Below, piece by piece: positions 25,530 to 37,966 of a DNA stretch of 64,000 nucleotides; the stretch's first letter is position 1; every line of letters starts with the position of its first letter. A program made the position numbers and the translations under genes. The stretch is from Camelus dromedarius (lineage: Eukaryota). Under the pieces are notes generated by a model that was given only the letters and a program-made list of their open reading frames with translations, searched no databases and was not told the DNA's origin. The stretch is from contig NC_087447.1 of the NCBI RefSeq assembly GCF_036321535.1, positions 12,710,001 to 12,774,000 on the forward strand, read 5' to 3'.

Positions 25530-25960
25530 GTAGGAAGCACAGTCAGTAAATTACACACAAAGATGCATGAGGATAACCTGGGAGAACTATTTCAAACAGG
25601 ACATTAAAAGAAGGCCTTTCTGAGAGGTGACATTTGAACTGAAGCCTAAAGGATGGAAAGGAACCTACTATTGAATAAACCACAGGAAGAACATTCCAGG
25701 ATTCCAGGCACAAGTGTATTTCTTGAAGATGCTGCTCTGGGGTAAAAAGTAACTAAGTTTTGGAGTTTTTTCTTTCTTGTTTGCTTTTGAGAAGGAATTT
25801 AATGGATGCCAATGTGACTGGAATAATAATGAGAAAATGCAGAATTAGTAGAATCAGATGATGTAGGTCACAATAAATATTTGAATTTTATTCTAAGTGA
25901 AATGCAAGGCATTGGTAAATTTTAACATAAGTGAATAATATGATCAGCTTTCCATTTTAA
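25530..25960 (-). mobile_element. L2 fragment
   Basis: gaaggcctttctgagaggtgacatttgaactgaagcctaaaggatgg...gaacattccagg. Confidence 0.6.
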
Positions 25961-27003
25961 AACAGTAACTTTCTATTATGAAAATAATGAATTGAATGTT
26001 TGGAAGGGGATAGAAATTATGAGCAAAATTTTTAGAACGATTTAAAATTTCTGATGTATAGTTATATTCTCAAAAAGGAAAATCATGTAAAGTTTGGGTA
26101 ACTGTGTATCTAATTTTCTTTCACAGGTTATTTTTGTGAAACACACTTTTTTTTCATTTTAGCTAATATTATAGAAATATAACTGTGATATAAATAATCT
26201 CAGTGAGCAAAAATCTATTGTTTCAGTAGTGATATAATTTATTTAAATACAGAAGACCTAAGGACGCCAATTCTAATTTTGAAACATAAATAGCTGGGTG
26301 ATATTTAATGATGTATTGTCTCCAAAAATGTTAATCTTGGAAATAAGCTTTACTTTAAGTAGCATATTACTTGATCATTCATAATGCCCAGTGCCTTCCA
26401 AAATGAAAGTGAAGTGGCTCAGTTTAAGGTATAGTTTTGGATCTTTTGAAGGTTATTTATAGAGAAATAAGATAAATATTTTCTACCCACCTCTAATGGA
26501 AAATCTGCTTTAGCTTCTTAGAATTTCTGTGGCAGTGAGGGTTGATGGGGCCTTATAAACCACTGAGAGCCCAATTCTGAAGCACAGGAGACTCTAGCAT
26601 CTACAAATTGCCTTCTGCATCCTTTGGGAAGATGTCTTTTGGGATTGGCTCCTTCACAAGATCTCCCTGTAGGAGTTCAACCAGACACCCCTGCAGTCTT
26701 ATTTTGTGGCAGTCTGACCTACATTATTGAAGGGAGCTCAACTCTATGACATCAGATTAAAGTGTATTTGTAGAGGTAACTCATTTGCAGTCAGAGATTT
26801 GTTATTGCAAAAATGCAGTATTGAAAAGCGAGAGACCATTGGGCTAATGGTGAAATTGGAACAAACTCTATCTATAAATTATATTTGTATTATGCCACTA
26901 TCTCTAGTGGGTTTTTTCCCTCATTTTTGGTTCAAAGAATACAAAATCTGTACAGTTATTATTTTAAGAAATGGGATAGAGTGGATATTAAAAGGAGGAT
27001 GTG

Positions 27004-27122
27004 GGGAGAGGGTAGAGCTCAGTGGTAGAGTTCATGCTTAGTGTGCAAGAGGTCCTGGGTTCAATCCCCAGCACCTCCATTAAAATAAATAAACCTAATT
27101 ACCACTCCCCCTGCCCTCCCAA
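27004..27122 (+). mobile_element. tRNA-derived SINE (camelid Vic-1-like)
   Basis: A box (tagagctcagtgg) and B box (ggttcaatcc), A-rich tail, perfect 14-bp TSD aaaaggaggatgtg (26990-27003, 27123-27136) at a TT|AAAA site. Confidence 0.9.
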
Positions 27123-27650
27123 AAAAGGAGGATGTGTCCTCCTAAAAACAATCCTCAGTAATAAAAATATTATTTTAATATTTTCTTTATGATTATATGT
27201 CAGGTGAGAAAAGGAAGACGATAACTCCTAGAGAGGAATCAAAACAATATTTAAAAATAAAGCTTTTGTGTCATGTCTATAAATTTCCAGTCACACAAAT
27301 ATATTTTTTAAAGACTGAATGTTTTAGATACACATTCTTGCGTGTTTAAAGACTAAGAGAATTATGTAAAAAGAAAACTGGCCTGAAGGATTTCTCTTCT
27401 TTGGGGCTTAAATCCTCTTTGTAACAATACTTATTTTTTTTGTCATAAGATTTTCCCCTGTAGGCCTTAAATTTAAAGCTGGAAGTTGAAGTATACAGCG
27501 AAATGCCATTTATATAGGATGTATATGCATGCACACGGAACAGTAATGTATACTTTGCAAGAACACAAGAAAACAAATTCACCTTGAATACACTGGGATG
27601 GTTACCTCGTGGAGGTAGCCGGGACCGAATAAAGAAATAAAGACGAGAAA

Positions 27651-27959
27651 TGTATTCGTTTTCTTGGACTGCCATAACATAATACCGCAGACTTGGTGGC
27701 TTAAACAACAGAGATAAATTTCCTCAGTTCTGGAGTCTAGAAGTCCCAGATCAAGAGGATAGCGCATTTGGTTTCTTCTGTGTGGCCTCTCTCCCTGGCT
27801 TGCAGATAAATGATCAATCATTATTGGGTTAGGGCTCACCCTAACAACCCACGTGAACTAATTACTCCTTTAAAGGCCTGGTCTCCAAGTACACTTACAT
27901 TCTGAGATACTTAGTCTTCAACATATGAATTCTGGTGGGACACAATTCAGCCCAGAACA
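27651..27959 (-). mobile_element. MLT1-like MaLR LTR
   Basis: tgtattcgttttcttggactgccataac...ggtggcttaaacaacag...gggacacaattcagcccagaaca. Confidence 0.8.
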
Positions 27960-28639
27960 AATTGGAAAAATAAATAAATAAAAGAGAAGGGCTTTGCCTG
28001 GCCTAAAAATGATAAGGTGTCATGACCTGAGGGAGGTACTTATTCTGGACATCTTGCTCTAGGTTTCAAAACACTTGAAAACATGCATCTCTCCAGTAGG
28101 CAGAAAACGGCTTCTCGAAATCTGCTCTGCAGAAGTCATACAAATTAGTAAAATCTACAAAAATCTTCATGAGTATTCTTAGTATGGAGGAATGCTGGAA
28201 ATATGTATATGGTTTGTCAATTTATTAAGTAAAGTATAGACATATATTTAATATAAATTTACATATCCTTTAAAACTTTGTCTATATGGATTATAAAAAA
28301 AATTCTCAAGTTAGAAAAGTAAGTTGTAGGGAATATGATGTATTGGGATTTTTTAAAAGTTCTTTCTATATGAATGATACAGCAGAATGCTATTAATATT
28401 AATTAACTTTATTTATATACTGTAAAAAGTAATGGAAATGCTGTAATTTGGTAAAGAAATATATGTGACCAAAAAAGTATTTGCAGTATAATGCAAAATA
28501 TTACTCTAGAAAATAAAATTTATTTATAACAGTAAATATGATTAGGGACAGCATTGAAAACTACCATGGTAAACAAAATTGATATTTTTGGAGAATGCAA
28601 TTTTGTATTTCTTTTATTTTGCTTAATTTATGTTTTATT

Positions 28640-28850
28640 TCTTTTTTATTTACATTTTAAAAATATTTTCCAGCTTTATAGAGATTATAATTGATAAATA
28701 AAATTTGTATGTATTTCCAGTGTACAATATGATATTCTGATATATGTGTATAAAGGTGATGTGATTATTATAATTAGCTAATTAACATATCCATTACTTC
28801 ACACAATTTTTTTTCTTTTGTGGTGAGAACACTTAAGATGAACTCTCAAT
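28640..28850 (-). mobile_element. L1MA-like 3' end
   Basis: cagctttatagagattataattgataaataaaa...gtggtgagaacacttaagat. Confidence 0.7.
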
Positions 28851-29409
28851 AAAGTAAACCACAGTGTATTAAAAAGGGACAAAATAAACAAAATGCATAG
28901 ATCTGGGATAAAGAGACCCTAGTTCAGATTTTGATTTAATTTCCCACAATTTTCTCTTTAAATGTTAGCATAGATTGAAGCAAGCATGACTAGGGTAGCA
29001 TATATATTTAAAAAATTTTAAAAAGTCCATTTCAAACAACAAAGAGGAGACTAAGACATGGAATCTGTTTATTTGCTGAGTGAGTACACAATGAGAATAA
29101 AGTATTGTTAGTGGAGTCCATTCAAAATATTGGCTCTGTGTATACACGAGCCCGCGAAGAAGACAAAATAGACGTAATAAAAGTGCAGTTAACCCTAGAG
29201 TGTGTCATTCATCTCTAATCTTTGTTATCGCTGCTAAAGATTTTCAAAATATTGATGTCATTTTAGTAAATGACCAGATAACTTACTTTTCTTGAGTTTG
29301 CCAATCTTAACGCAACTTGTTTGTTGGGAGGCTATCATAAGCCAAAGTTAGCTATAGTTTGACAGTCTATGGGAGACCCAGAGTTAGCCTATATTTTTCT
29401 CACGGTTTT

Positions 29410-29477
29410 TTTTTTTTTAACATTTTTTATTGATTTATGATCATTTTACTATGTTGTGTCAAATTCCAGTGTTCAGC
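29410..29477 (-). mobile_element. Ultra-short 5'-truncated young L1
   Basis: Same 3' UTR as 15618-15700 (tcattttac.atg.tgtgtcaaattccagtgt), with TSD tctca(c/t)ggtttt at 29398-29409 and 29478-29489. Confidence 0.8.
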
Positions 29478-30090
29478 TCTCATGGTTTTTAATTAAAAAA
29501 AAAAAAAAACTTCCCAAATGCTCATTCTAGCCTTGAGATTAAAAAATATGAACACAATCAGATTGAAAATTCCATTCTGAAGTTCATGCTTTATTTCTTA
29601 TTCAGCTTAGATTCTTGAAGCAGCTTGTTCATATTGTGTTATAATCAGAGATTTAGTTACTTTCTTGCCTCTTGTCTAACCTACACATTTTTCACGGTTC
29701 GATTTTATTTATATTTAATATACAGCGACTGCTGTGACATATACATTACTAATTTTCTGGTTAATGGTACTCCACGTTGACTATTTAAGACTTTTTCTTT
29801 CACCTCTGCAAGTCCAAATTTGAGCAAAAATTTGTCATGATCTGCCTTACCTCTAAAAAAATTTAAGTTCCAATATGACCTTGAAAATCATTTGGGACTT
29901 AAATTATCTGGCTGCCATATTTATTCAATTGAATTGGAAAAGAGTACAAGGAGTTTTAAGAGAAAGTGTTTTATTCAGAAAAAGAGAAAAAGAATCTGGT
30001 AAAACATTCCCACTTTTTGATGCTATAATCAGAGTGACAGGGTATTAAACAACAATCTTTGGACTTAATTTGTAACTGAATATTAAGATA

Positions 30091-31061
30091 TTAATGGGAC
30101 ATTTTGCATCGATTGGTTAAAGTTCTCTTCAGAGCATCTTTTACTTCTTTGTTCCTCAGGCTATAGATCAATGGATTCAGCATAGGGATCACTAGGGTGT
30201 AAAACACAGAGGCCATTTTATCAATAGCAAAAGCATGGCTGGATTTGGGTTGCAGGTAAATAAACAATAATGTCTCATAGAACACGACCACCACTGTCAG
30301 GTGGGAACTGCAAGTGGAGAAGTCTTTGTATCTCCCCTCCGTTGAGTTCATTCTGAGAATGGTCACAAGAATAAACATGTAAGACACAAGAACCACCAAG
30401 AGGGAAGAGAGCAAACTGCACCCTGAAAAGATCAAAATGATCAATTCTAACTCATGTGTGTTGGAGCAGAGCATGGATATCAGAGGCAGGCGGTCACAGT
30501 AAAGGTAACTGATGATGTTAGAGTCACAGAAGGACAATTGAAATAACTTAATGGTGAGAAATAGTGACACAAAGGTGCCATAGAGATAGGGAGTGAGTAC
30601 CAGCCCCCAACACACTTTCTCTGCCATGATGACCCCGTACAGAAGAGGCTTGCAGATGGCGACATAGCGATCATAGGCCATTGCTGATAGGATGAACAGT
30701 TCAGTGATGATGAAAACCTCAAAGAAGGCTAGCTGGGTGGCACACCAATGGTAGGAAATTGTATTTCTATGCACCACAAAGTTGATCATCATTTTGGGGC
30801 CAATGACAGCAGAGTAACCAAGATCAGTAATCGACAAATGTCTAAGGAAAAAGTACATGGGAGTATGTGGCTTGGAGTCCGAATGGGTCAAGATAACCAT
30901 GCCCAGATTGCCCATTACTGTGACCAATATGCCCACCACTATATGACCAGGAAGATTCCAAAAAGAGGTGCCTGCAGCCCCGGGCTGTCAGTGAGCCCCA
31001 GGAGAATAAATTCTGTCACTTTGGAGATTGCAGTATGATTATGTTTCTCCATATGGTTCAT
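30091..31061 (-). pseudogene. OR8K1-like receptor, frameshifted by a net +11 nt insertion in TM1
   Basis: ATG at 31061 reads [40 protein letters not shown], then TAG. The remainder is in ORF 30091-30939. Span is 971 nt = 960+11. Further erosion: YKDFSTC, FYETLL. Confidence 0.88.
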
Positions 31062-31259
31062 CCTGGTGACCTGTGTGTAAAATCAGTACTGATTATACTT
31101 GAGATGCTATCTTCTAAGAGAATTTCATACATGGTGCATGAGATACAGTCATTTTTCTTTGTCTCAAATTGTAAATAAAGATTCCTCTTCCCATCAGGCC
31201 AAAACTATACACATCTACATTCACACTGCAGTGAAAGGGCCTAATGATTAGCTTTTTTG

Positions 31260-31776
31260 ATTGTAATATAAGTTCCTGACATTAAGCTTTTGATTGCTGA
31301 GGATTTCAAAGACATCCTTCTCAAATAAATATATTTCCAGCTACACAATCAGGTAGCCAGCCTTCCCTGTCTGTTAAATTCTCTTTTAGAAAATCCTAGA
31401 TGATATAGGTAACTGACTGCTTGATTGACCCTGCTTTTCCCTTCCTGCATTTTAATTCCTACTCATGTTTTAAACGCACCATTAAAAAGTGAATCTAGGT
31501 GCCCCACCCTTGACCACAATCAAGCCAGAACTCATGGTATTCTCTCTCTCCCTCTCTCCTCAGCCTCTCTGCCTGGCCCTGAGTATGCCATGTACCCTCC
31601 AGAATGTGTGCAATAAACCTTGTTTTTCAAAAGTTCCCTGAAAATTGTTGCTTAGGTGCATCCTGCAATTGTAACAAAATTCACAAGGGCTGGTCCAGCC
31701 ACCACACAATGGCTCTGGCTCGGGAAATGTCTGTGGGGGCCCACTGCAAATAGTAAGGGGTACTAGAGTGCCCACA
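31260..31776 (+). mobile_element. LTR (ERV-like), left boundary uncertain
   Basis: AATAAA ~31612 followed by a U5-like segment ending ...gtgcccaca. No TSD identified. Confidence 0.55.
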
Positions 31777-32520
31777 GGCTTTCCTCGTTGATAGAATCAC
31801 TACCAATAGGCTGAGACTAACACGAAACACAGATTCACTGACACTTTAGTAAAGCATGTTTTAAGGGGGCAAGACATTTTGAAGACATTTTTTTGAGATA
31901 GCTACTATGGCCTACTTCTTTTTACCCAAGTCTTTTGAAATATATCAAGTGACTTATTATATTTCAGGTTTTAAAAATTTCCAAGTAATTTGTAAAAGAA
32001 AAAAATCTACACCCAAACCATAAACCTTATATTATTAACAATCACCATATCTGTTTAAAGTTGCAAGACACAAAAAGACTTTCTAAACAGTTGGAGTGAT
32101 GAGTTAGACGGTGATTAGAAAAACCTCTGAGTACTGAGTACAAATTCCAGTACTTTTCACCAACTATAGCCCAGCTTGTTTTCCCAACAGAAGATCCAAT
32201 GTTATAATATTTTAATTTCAGAATTTCATTGTTAATATCTTTGTCCTCATTTGCCACATCAGTTGTTTCTGACTATTGAATCACCTCGAATGATCTTCCA
32301 ATCATACATCCCTCTTCTACATAAAAAGGGCTTGGCCATTCTGATTATTTATCAATGCTGGTGGATTATGGAAATTGATGTAAAGAGACCCACTGGAAAG
32401 AAGAATACAAATGAATATCAAGCACTGATAGAGAACTCATTAAATGCCAGGCATTTACCTGAGCACTTTACATATAGTGATTCATATGATCCACACAATA
32501 ACTCTAGGAAATAAACTGTA

Positions 32521-32746
32521 CAGTCAGCTGTCTGTTTTCACAGGGGATTGCTTCCAGGACCTGCTGCAGATGCCAACATCTGCAAATGCTTAAACCTTAT
32601 GGTCCACCTTCCATATCCACAGGGGATTCTGCACCTGCAGATTCAACAAACCATCACTGATGAACATAGTAGCATACGTACTGAAAAAAAGATCTGCATG
32701 TAAGTGGATTGTGTAGTTCAAACCCATGTTGTTCGAAGGTCAACTG
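32521..32746. mobile_element. MER2/Tigger2-like DNA transposon
   Basis: cagtcagctgtc...gttcaaacccatgttgttcgaaggtcaactg with TA on both sides (32519-20, 32747-48). Confidence 0.8.
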
Positions 32747-33216
32747 TATTAGCATAATCCATCTGAGTGTCAAGGAAACTGGGGCACAGGAAGTGAAATA
32801 ACTAATGTCACCCAGGAAATAAGTGGTATTAATAAAAGTTACTCTGTCTTCAGAATATATCCTCATAAACACAGAGACATTCTTCTGCTTTATTAAGGTC
32901 ACCCTAAGCAGAGAGGAAAGGAAAGTGGGACAGGAGGGACACCAGTTGGATTAGGATAGAAAAAGATTCTTGTTAAGATAGATAACTGAAGCATTAAGTT
33001 TATTTGAAAAACTGAAATGATCTAAATGCACAGAACAGAGTATCAGAGATGACATAACAGATCTGTCCTGCACACGAGTCCTACTGATGACCGGAAAGTA
33101 CATTGCAAGGGGAGAAACTGTTTTGCAGAACTTAACGCCCTTCAAGCTCTACGGTGATGATTAGGTTTAAGCTGTATGTCCTGAGAAATTGTGGAAGATC
33201 AGTGTTTTCTACTCAC

Positions 33217-33370
33217 CTTACTGGAGAATCTGCTTTGACTTTTACTGTTTTAATCCTCATTGTCTGTTGCAGAATGTTTTTAAGTGTTTTGCTATCCCCT
33301 TGAGACTCATTTTGTTAACGTTTTGATCTGATTCAAGGATTAAAAAAATGTACCTAATCACCTGAGGGAG
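33217..33370 (-). promoter_or_regulatory. Candidate promoter/first exon of the OR8K1-like locus
   Basis: Consensus donor AAG|GTGAGT, O/E-like TCCCCTTGAGA at 33295 and CCTGAGGGAG at 33361, TAATCA at 33355. Homologous to 39557- and 62263-. Confidence 0.5.
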
Positions 33371-33679
33371 GGTGCCTTGTATACCTGTTAATTATTCTCC
33401 AAATGTTCTACTAGGAAAAATAAAAATATTTTGTGCCTGGGTCTAATGAAATAAATTATACATCACTAAACACTGAAAAACATAAGTATAACTTTGTCAT
33501 CATCTCAATTACAAAATATAATATGCATATTAGATGTATCACACACACATGCACACAAAATGCACGAGCAAATGAACAAATGACTTTGTAGCAAAAGATT
33601 ATGCAATATTTGATAATACAGTGTCCATTAACCAAGAATATTTTTGATGGACATATAATCCCTATGTCAACCTATAGGT

Positions 33680-34690
33680 TGACAATTTCAGGTTGAATTC
33701 CAAGGATTTCTCTTTATCATTGGTTTTCAGACATTTTATGTGATGTGATTTGGTATAATTTCCTTTCTGTTTATCCTGCTTAGAATTATTTTAGCTTCTT
33801 ATATCTTGGGTTATAGGGTTTCTTTTTTTTTAAATTCTGTCCAACATTCTTCCAATGGTTTTGCTGCACCATGTAATGTCTTCTTTCCACTTGGATCTAC
33901 ACTTAGATGTACAGTATGTAGCTTGTTATTTTTCTACAGATCGCTAAGACTATTTTCATGGTATTTATTCAGTATTTTTGTTTCTCTCTGGCTTTATTTT
34001 AGGTAACGTCTGTTGTAATGTGTTTAAGAGCAGTTACTGTTTCTTTTTCACTGTATAATCTGCTGTTACCCTTATTCAGCAAATATTAGTTTATATCTAG
34101 TACTCTATTTTCATCTCCTGAAGTCCCATTTGGTTATTTTTAATCTTTTTTTTTTTTGCCTCCTCAAAAGGTTAGTGTTTTTATTAAGTTATTCAGTATG
34201 TTGAACATATTTATAATAAATTTAAAGTCCTTGCCCAATAATTCCATCATCGCGGTCATCTAAGAATCCATTTTAATCATCTCCTGGATGAGATCACATG
34301 TTCCTGCTCTCACACACAACTAGTATTTGGGATTGAAGGCTAAATATTGTGAATTTTTATGTTAATAAGTGTTGCATTTTTTTCTGTCTTCTTAAAAGAA
34401 TGTTAAATGTTTTAAACAGGGATTTGGTGGCTCTGTTTAGGACTTGTTTTCAAATTGTATGAGCAGAAGTCTAAAGTAGATCTTACCTCTGAGATCCTCT
34501 ATACTGGATGCCCAGGTGTTGAACAAAGATTCTGCTTTCTGGCTTTTTGTAACTATAATGTCTTCCTGGGCTTTGTCATCTCTGGAATTATTCAGCTTAT
34601 AATTCTGTGATTATTCTTTGCTAATAGATTTGTGCATTTTGACTGTAGGCATGACCAAATTAATGTTCAGTAAGAAACTCAAAGAAATCT
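33680..34690 (-). mobile_element. Old L1M fragments
   Basis: T-rich L1 antisense texture (ttctctttatcattggttttcagac...tgtgatgtg, cttattcagcaaat). Confidence 0.55.
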
Positions 34691-34699
34691 TGTAAAATT

Positions 34700-34800
34700 G
34701 TTACTTTAAATGTAAATGGATTAAAGTCTCCAAAGGCAGAGACTAGTAGAATGAATTAAAAAAAAAATCACGATCCAATTATCTGCTCTTTAAGAGGATT
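34700..34800 (+). mobile_element. L1 ORF2 start (endonuclease N-terminus) fragment
   Basis: actttaaatgtaaatggattaaag reads TLNVNGL; gatccaattatctgc reads DPIIC. Confidence 0.7.
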
Positions 34801-35209
34801 ACTGTTTACACTGCTGTTTTGTGCAGAAAATACAATGAAAACATAATTGAAAAGATACCTGCCATAAAGAAAAAAAAAAAAAAACCTGGCAGAAACAAAC
34901 ACAGTTTGGTGACATAGAGTTTAATAAATGTTTCTGTTGGGAGAGATGGGGGATTCTGTGGAACCATTAAAGGAAGCATTGGATCAACAGCAAGGAATGT
35001 TGGGATGTTGGGGAAGGAGTGACATTTAATTGAGATCTAAAATATGAAGATTCATTTGGCTGAATATAAGCAAAACAATGCATTTACCTGTGCATTTTAA
35101 TTAGCCTTTGCTCTGGAGCCAAAAAGAATGCAATTATATTTATTAGAAATATTATCAAGTAACGTTTGCCTTTATCATAGTTTATTAAAACAATATTCCG
35201 TATTGGATA

Positions 35210-36151
35210 TTAGGTACAAAGTTTGCATTGATTCTTAAAGATCCTATAAAAGGCGTTTTTTACTTCTTTGTTCCTTAAGCTGTAGATGAAGGGGTTAAGC
35301 ATGGGGATCACTAAAGTGTAAAACACGGAGGCCAGTTTATCAGTATGGAAGGAGTGAGCAGAGTTAGGCTCCATGTACATAAAGAGTAGAGACCCGTAGA
35401 ACACAACCACCACTGTCAGATGTGAACCACACGTAGAGAAAGCTTTTCTCCTGCCCTCTGCAGAACGCATTCGAAATATGGATATCAGAATCAGTACATA
35501 GGACAGTAGGATGGCCAGGAGGGAAGAGATCAAATTAAGTGCTGAAAATAGTATGATCAACAATTCTATTTCTTGTGCATTTGAGCAGAGCGTAAGTAAC
35601 AAGGGGACATCATCACAGTAGAAATGACTGATGACATTAGAGCCACAAAAGGGTAAAGTAAAAATCTTAATAGTGAACATTAGAGCCTGAAAGGTACCAT
35701 AGAGATATGGGATGCCCACCAGCACATGACAAAGTCTCTGGGACATGATGACACTGTAGTGCAGAGGGTGACAGATGGCCAAATAGCGATCATAGGCCAT
35801 GGCTGACAAGATAAAAAATTCACTGATAATGAACATAAGAAAGCAAGCCAACTGTGTGGCACATGCATAATAGGATATGGTATTTTGATCCACAATGAAA
35901 CTTACCAGCATCTTGGGACAAATGACAGTAGAATTACCAAGATCAATGAAAGCCAGATGTTTGATAAAAAAATACATAGGTGTGTGTAGATGAGAGTCCA
36001 CTTGGGTCAAGGTAATCATGCCCAGATTGCCCACCACTGTGACTGTGTAGATGATGAGGAAGACCCCAAAAAGGGGGACCTGCAGTTCAGGCTGCCTTGT
36101 GACTCCCATCAGAATGAATTCAGTCAACGATGATAGATTCTGTTGGCCCAT
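35210..36151 (-). CDS. OR8K5: Olfactory receptor OR8K5-like, intact 313 aa
   Basis: Complete 7TM ORF with NLS sequon, [39 protein letters not shown]. Strong recalled similarity to human OR8K5. Confidence 0.9.
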   Translation of the reverse strand: MGQQNLSSLTEFILMGVTRQPELQVPLFGVFLIIYTVTVVGNLGMITLTQVDSHLHTPMYFFIKHLAFIDLGNSTVICPKMLVSFIVDQNTISYYACATQLACFLMFIISEFFILSAMAYDRYLAICHPLHYSVIMSQRLCHVLVGIPYLYGTFQALMFTIKIFTLPFCGSNVISHFYCDDVPLLLTLCSNAQEIELLIILFSALNLISSLLAILLSYVLILISIFRMRSAEGRRKAFSTCGSHLTVVVVFYGSLLFMYMEPNSAHSFHTDKLASVFYTLVIPMLNPFIYSLRNKEVKNAFYRIFKNQCKLCT

Positions 36152-36920
36152 TTAGTCCAGTTAGCTTTTCTGGGAAAAAACAGTGGGTTTATTATTAGTT
36201 TCATGTAGCGTCACCTACACAAAGTATAATATATGTAGACAGAATGGATGTTTTCTTAGTAATAGGACATTGGAAAATAATTTCCACATCTGATTTTGAA
36301 ACTAAAATAAATGATAGACTCTTTTACTTCCCAAGAAAGGGTAGTCAAATGAAACACATGCTCTGTTATGACACATGAGATTCTAAAGCATCAGAAATAT
36401 TTAGAATATATCCATTGATTTAGAAAAATCCATATAGGTGTTAACAGAGAAATGTTAGACTTCATTTCATCTACACAATCATATCCCAATTTTTCTTTTG
36501 TACACTTCCATTTTTGTCTGAGAATTCTTGCAGCGCTCTCAAATTGTACAAAAGTGTATATAAAGAACATAACACTGGAATTTTAAAATATTTCAGTGAT
36601 AAGTGTCAACCTCTGCATTTTATAAATTTATGTAGGAAGTTAGTAAAACCAAGTGGAACCACTCTGATTGAAGATAATGAACCTGCTTTATCTTAATCCA
36701 CCTGGATTCCCTTCCTTTCACATTCAGTTTCTTCTCCATGAAACTCTGGAACCCTGTAAGCATGATTTTCAGTTGGAGGAGTCATTGGAGTTCAACATAC
36801 TCAATCAGGCAAAATGCAGGGTAGAATTATTATAATGTAATAAAATGCTCAGTTCTAGCCTGCCCAGTCCAAATGGACCAAGGCAGAAACTCCTCTCTAT
36901 CAGGTGAAAATTCTGGGAGT

Positions 36921-37394
36921 TGTTGAAGAAAAATTTAATCAGTCGATCTAAGAAAGAAATGGAGGATTTTATTCAAACCAAATTGAGGATTATAATCCAG
37001 GAACAGCCTCTCAGAAAGCTCTGAGAACTGTCCACCTATTAGAGGTCAAAACACAGCTACATAATTTTTTGAAACAGAGGAACGTGCATTAAGTGATGTA
37101 TTATTGACAGTTTACACGATCCAGCTCTACCCGTACAAGGTGAGTAGTGGGTCATGGGTCATCGTGGTCCCTGACAAGATTAGAAAGGAAAGCTCTCTCC
37201 TAAGGAGTTACCTCATTGATAGAACATTGCTCTTTATGGCTGAGCTGATGGGTATTTCTGCTGATGGGGGCGGTTTGGTACATAATGCAGGCACTCAATG
37301 CACAGAAGGGGGGAGAAGAGCTTAAAAGGCAGAGGAAAGTTTTTATGTTTAAAGTTCTTTGACTTGCCTTAGAGTATAAATTTTTATTTCATCA
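36921..37394 (-). mobile_element. Solo LTR A, ERV1-like
   Basis: TG...CA termini, minus-strand AATAAA near 36970, flanks GAGT and GAGC. Confidence 0.8.
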
Positions 37395-37398
37395 GAGC

Positions 37399-37966
37399 TG
37401 TCAGGGAGGAAGAAATTTTCCTCTACCCTTCTAAGTTCTTTTGGCTGGTCTAAGAATTAAATTGCTGTGAGACAGATTAACAGGAGAAAATCAAATAAAA
37501 TTTATATACTGTGTATACATGAGAGAGACCCAGGAAATTTGAGTAACTCGCCCAAATGACTGAAGTCCTCACCTTAAATACCATCTTCAGCTAAAGACAG
37601 AAGAGGATGTTGGGGGTAGTGGTTTGAAATTTCAAAAGTGAGGGAGGCAATTCACATGGAGATGGAAAAGCAAGTATTTGGTAAACAGATGTTTGCTGGG
37701 CCATGCACAGACAATGGTACACAGCGTGAATACTGATCTCATCTCGATGCACTGCCTGAGTTTCCCTCACCACACTAGGCAACTGTCTCTTTAGCTGCCA
37801 CTGGTGATAGTTCTATTCTGGGAACAAGCCATTTATCTAATTACTTGGGGATAAGGGAGAAGTTCAATGTTTCTTCCTGAATCTTTTGGGCCTTGGTGGT
37901 TTTCAGGTGGAAATAATCCACATGCCAAAGAAACTTTTGGTGGAGGGGGGGAGTTGCTCCCCTACA
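37399..37966 (-). mobile_element. Solo LTR B, ERV1-like, different family from A
   Basis: TG...CA termini, minus-strand U5-like ctcctgttaatctgtctc...aatttaattcttag, flanks GAGC and GAGT. Confidence 0.8.

Noticed and set aside
27004-27076. tRNA gene
   Set aside because: It has a tRNA-like head but also a non-tRNA body, an A-rich tail and a 14-bp TSD, so it is a SINE.
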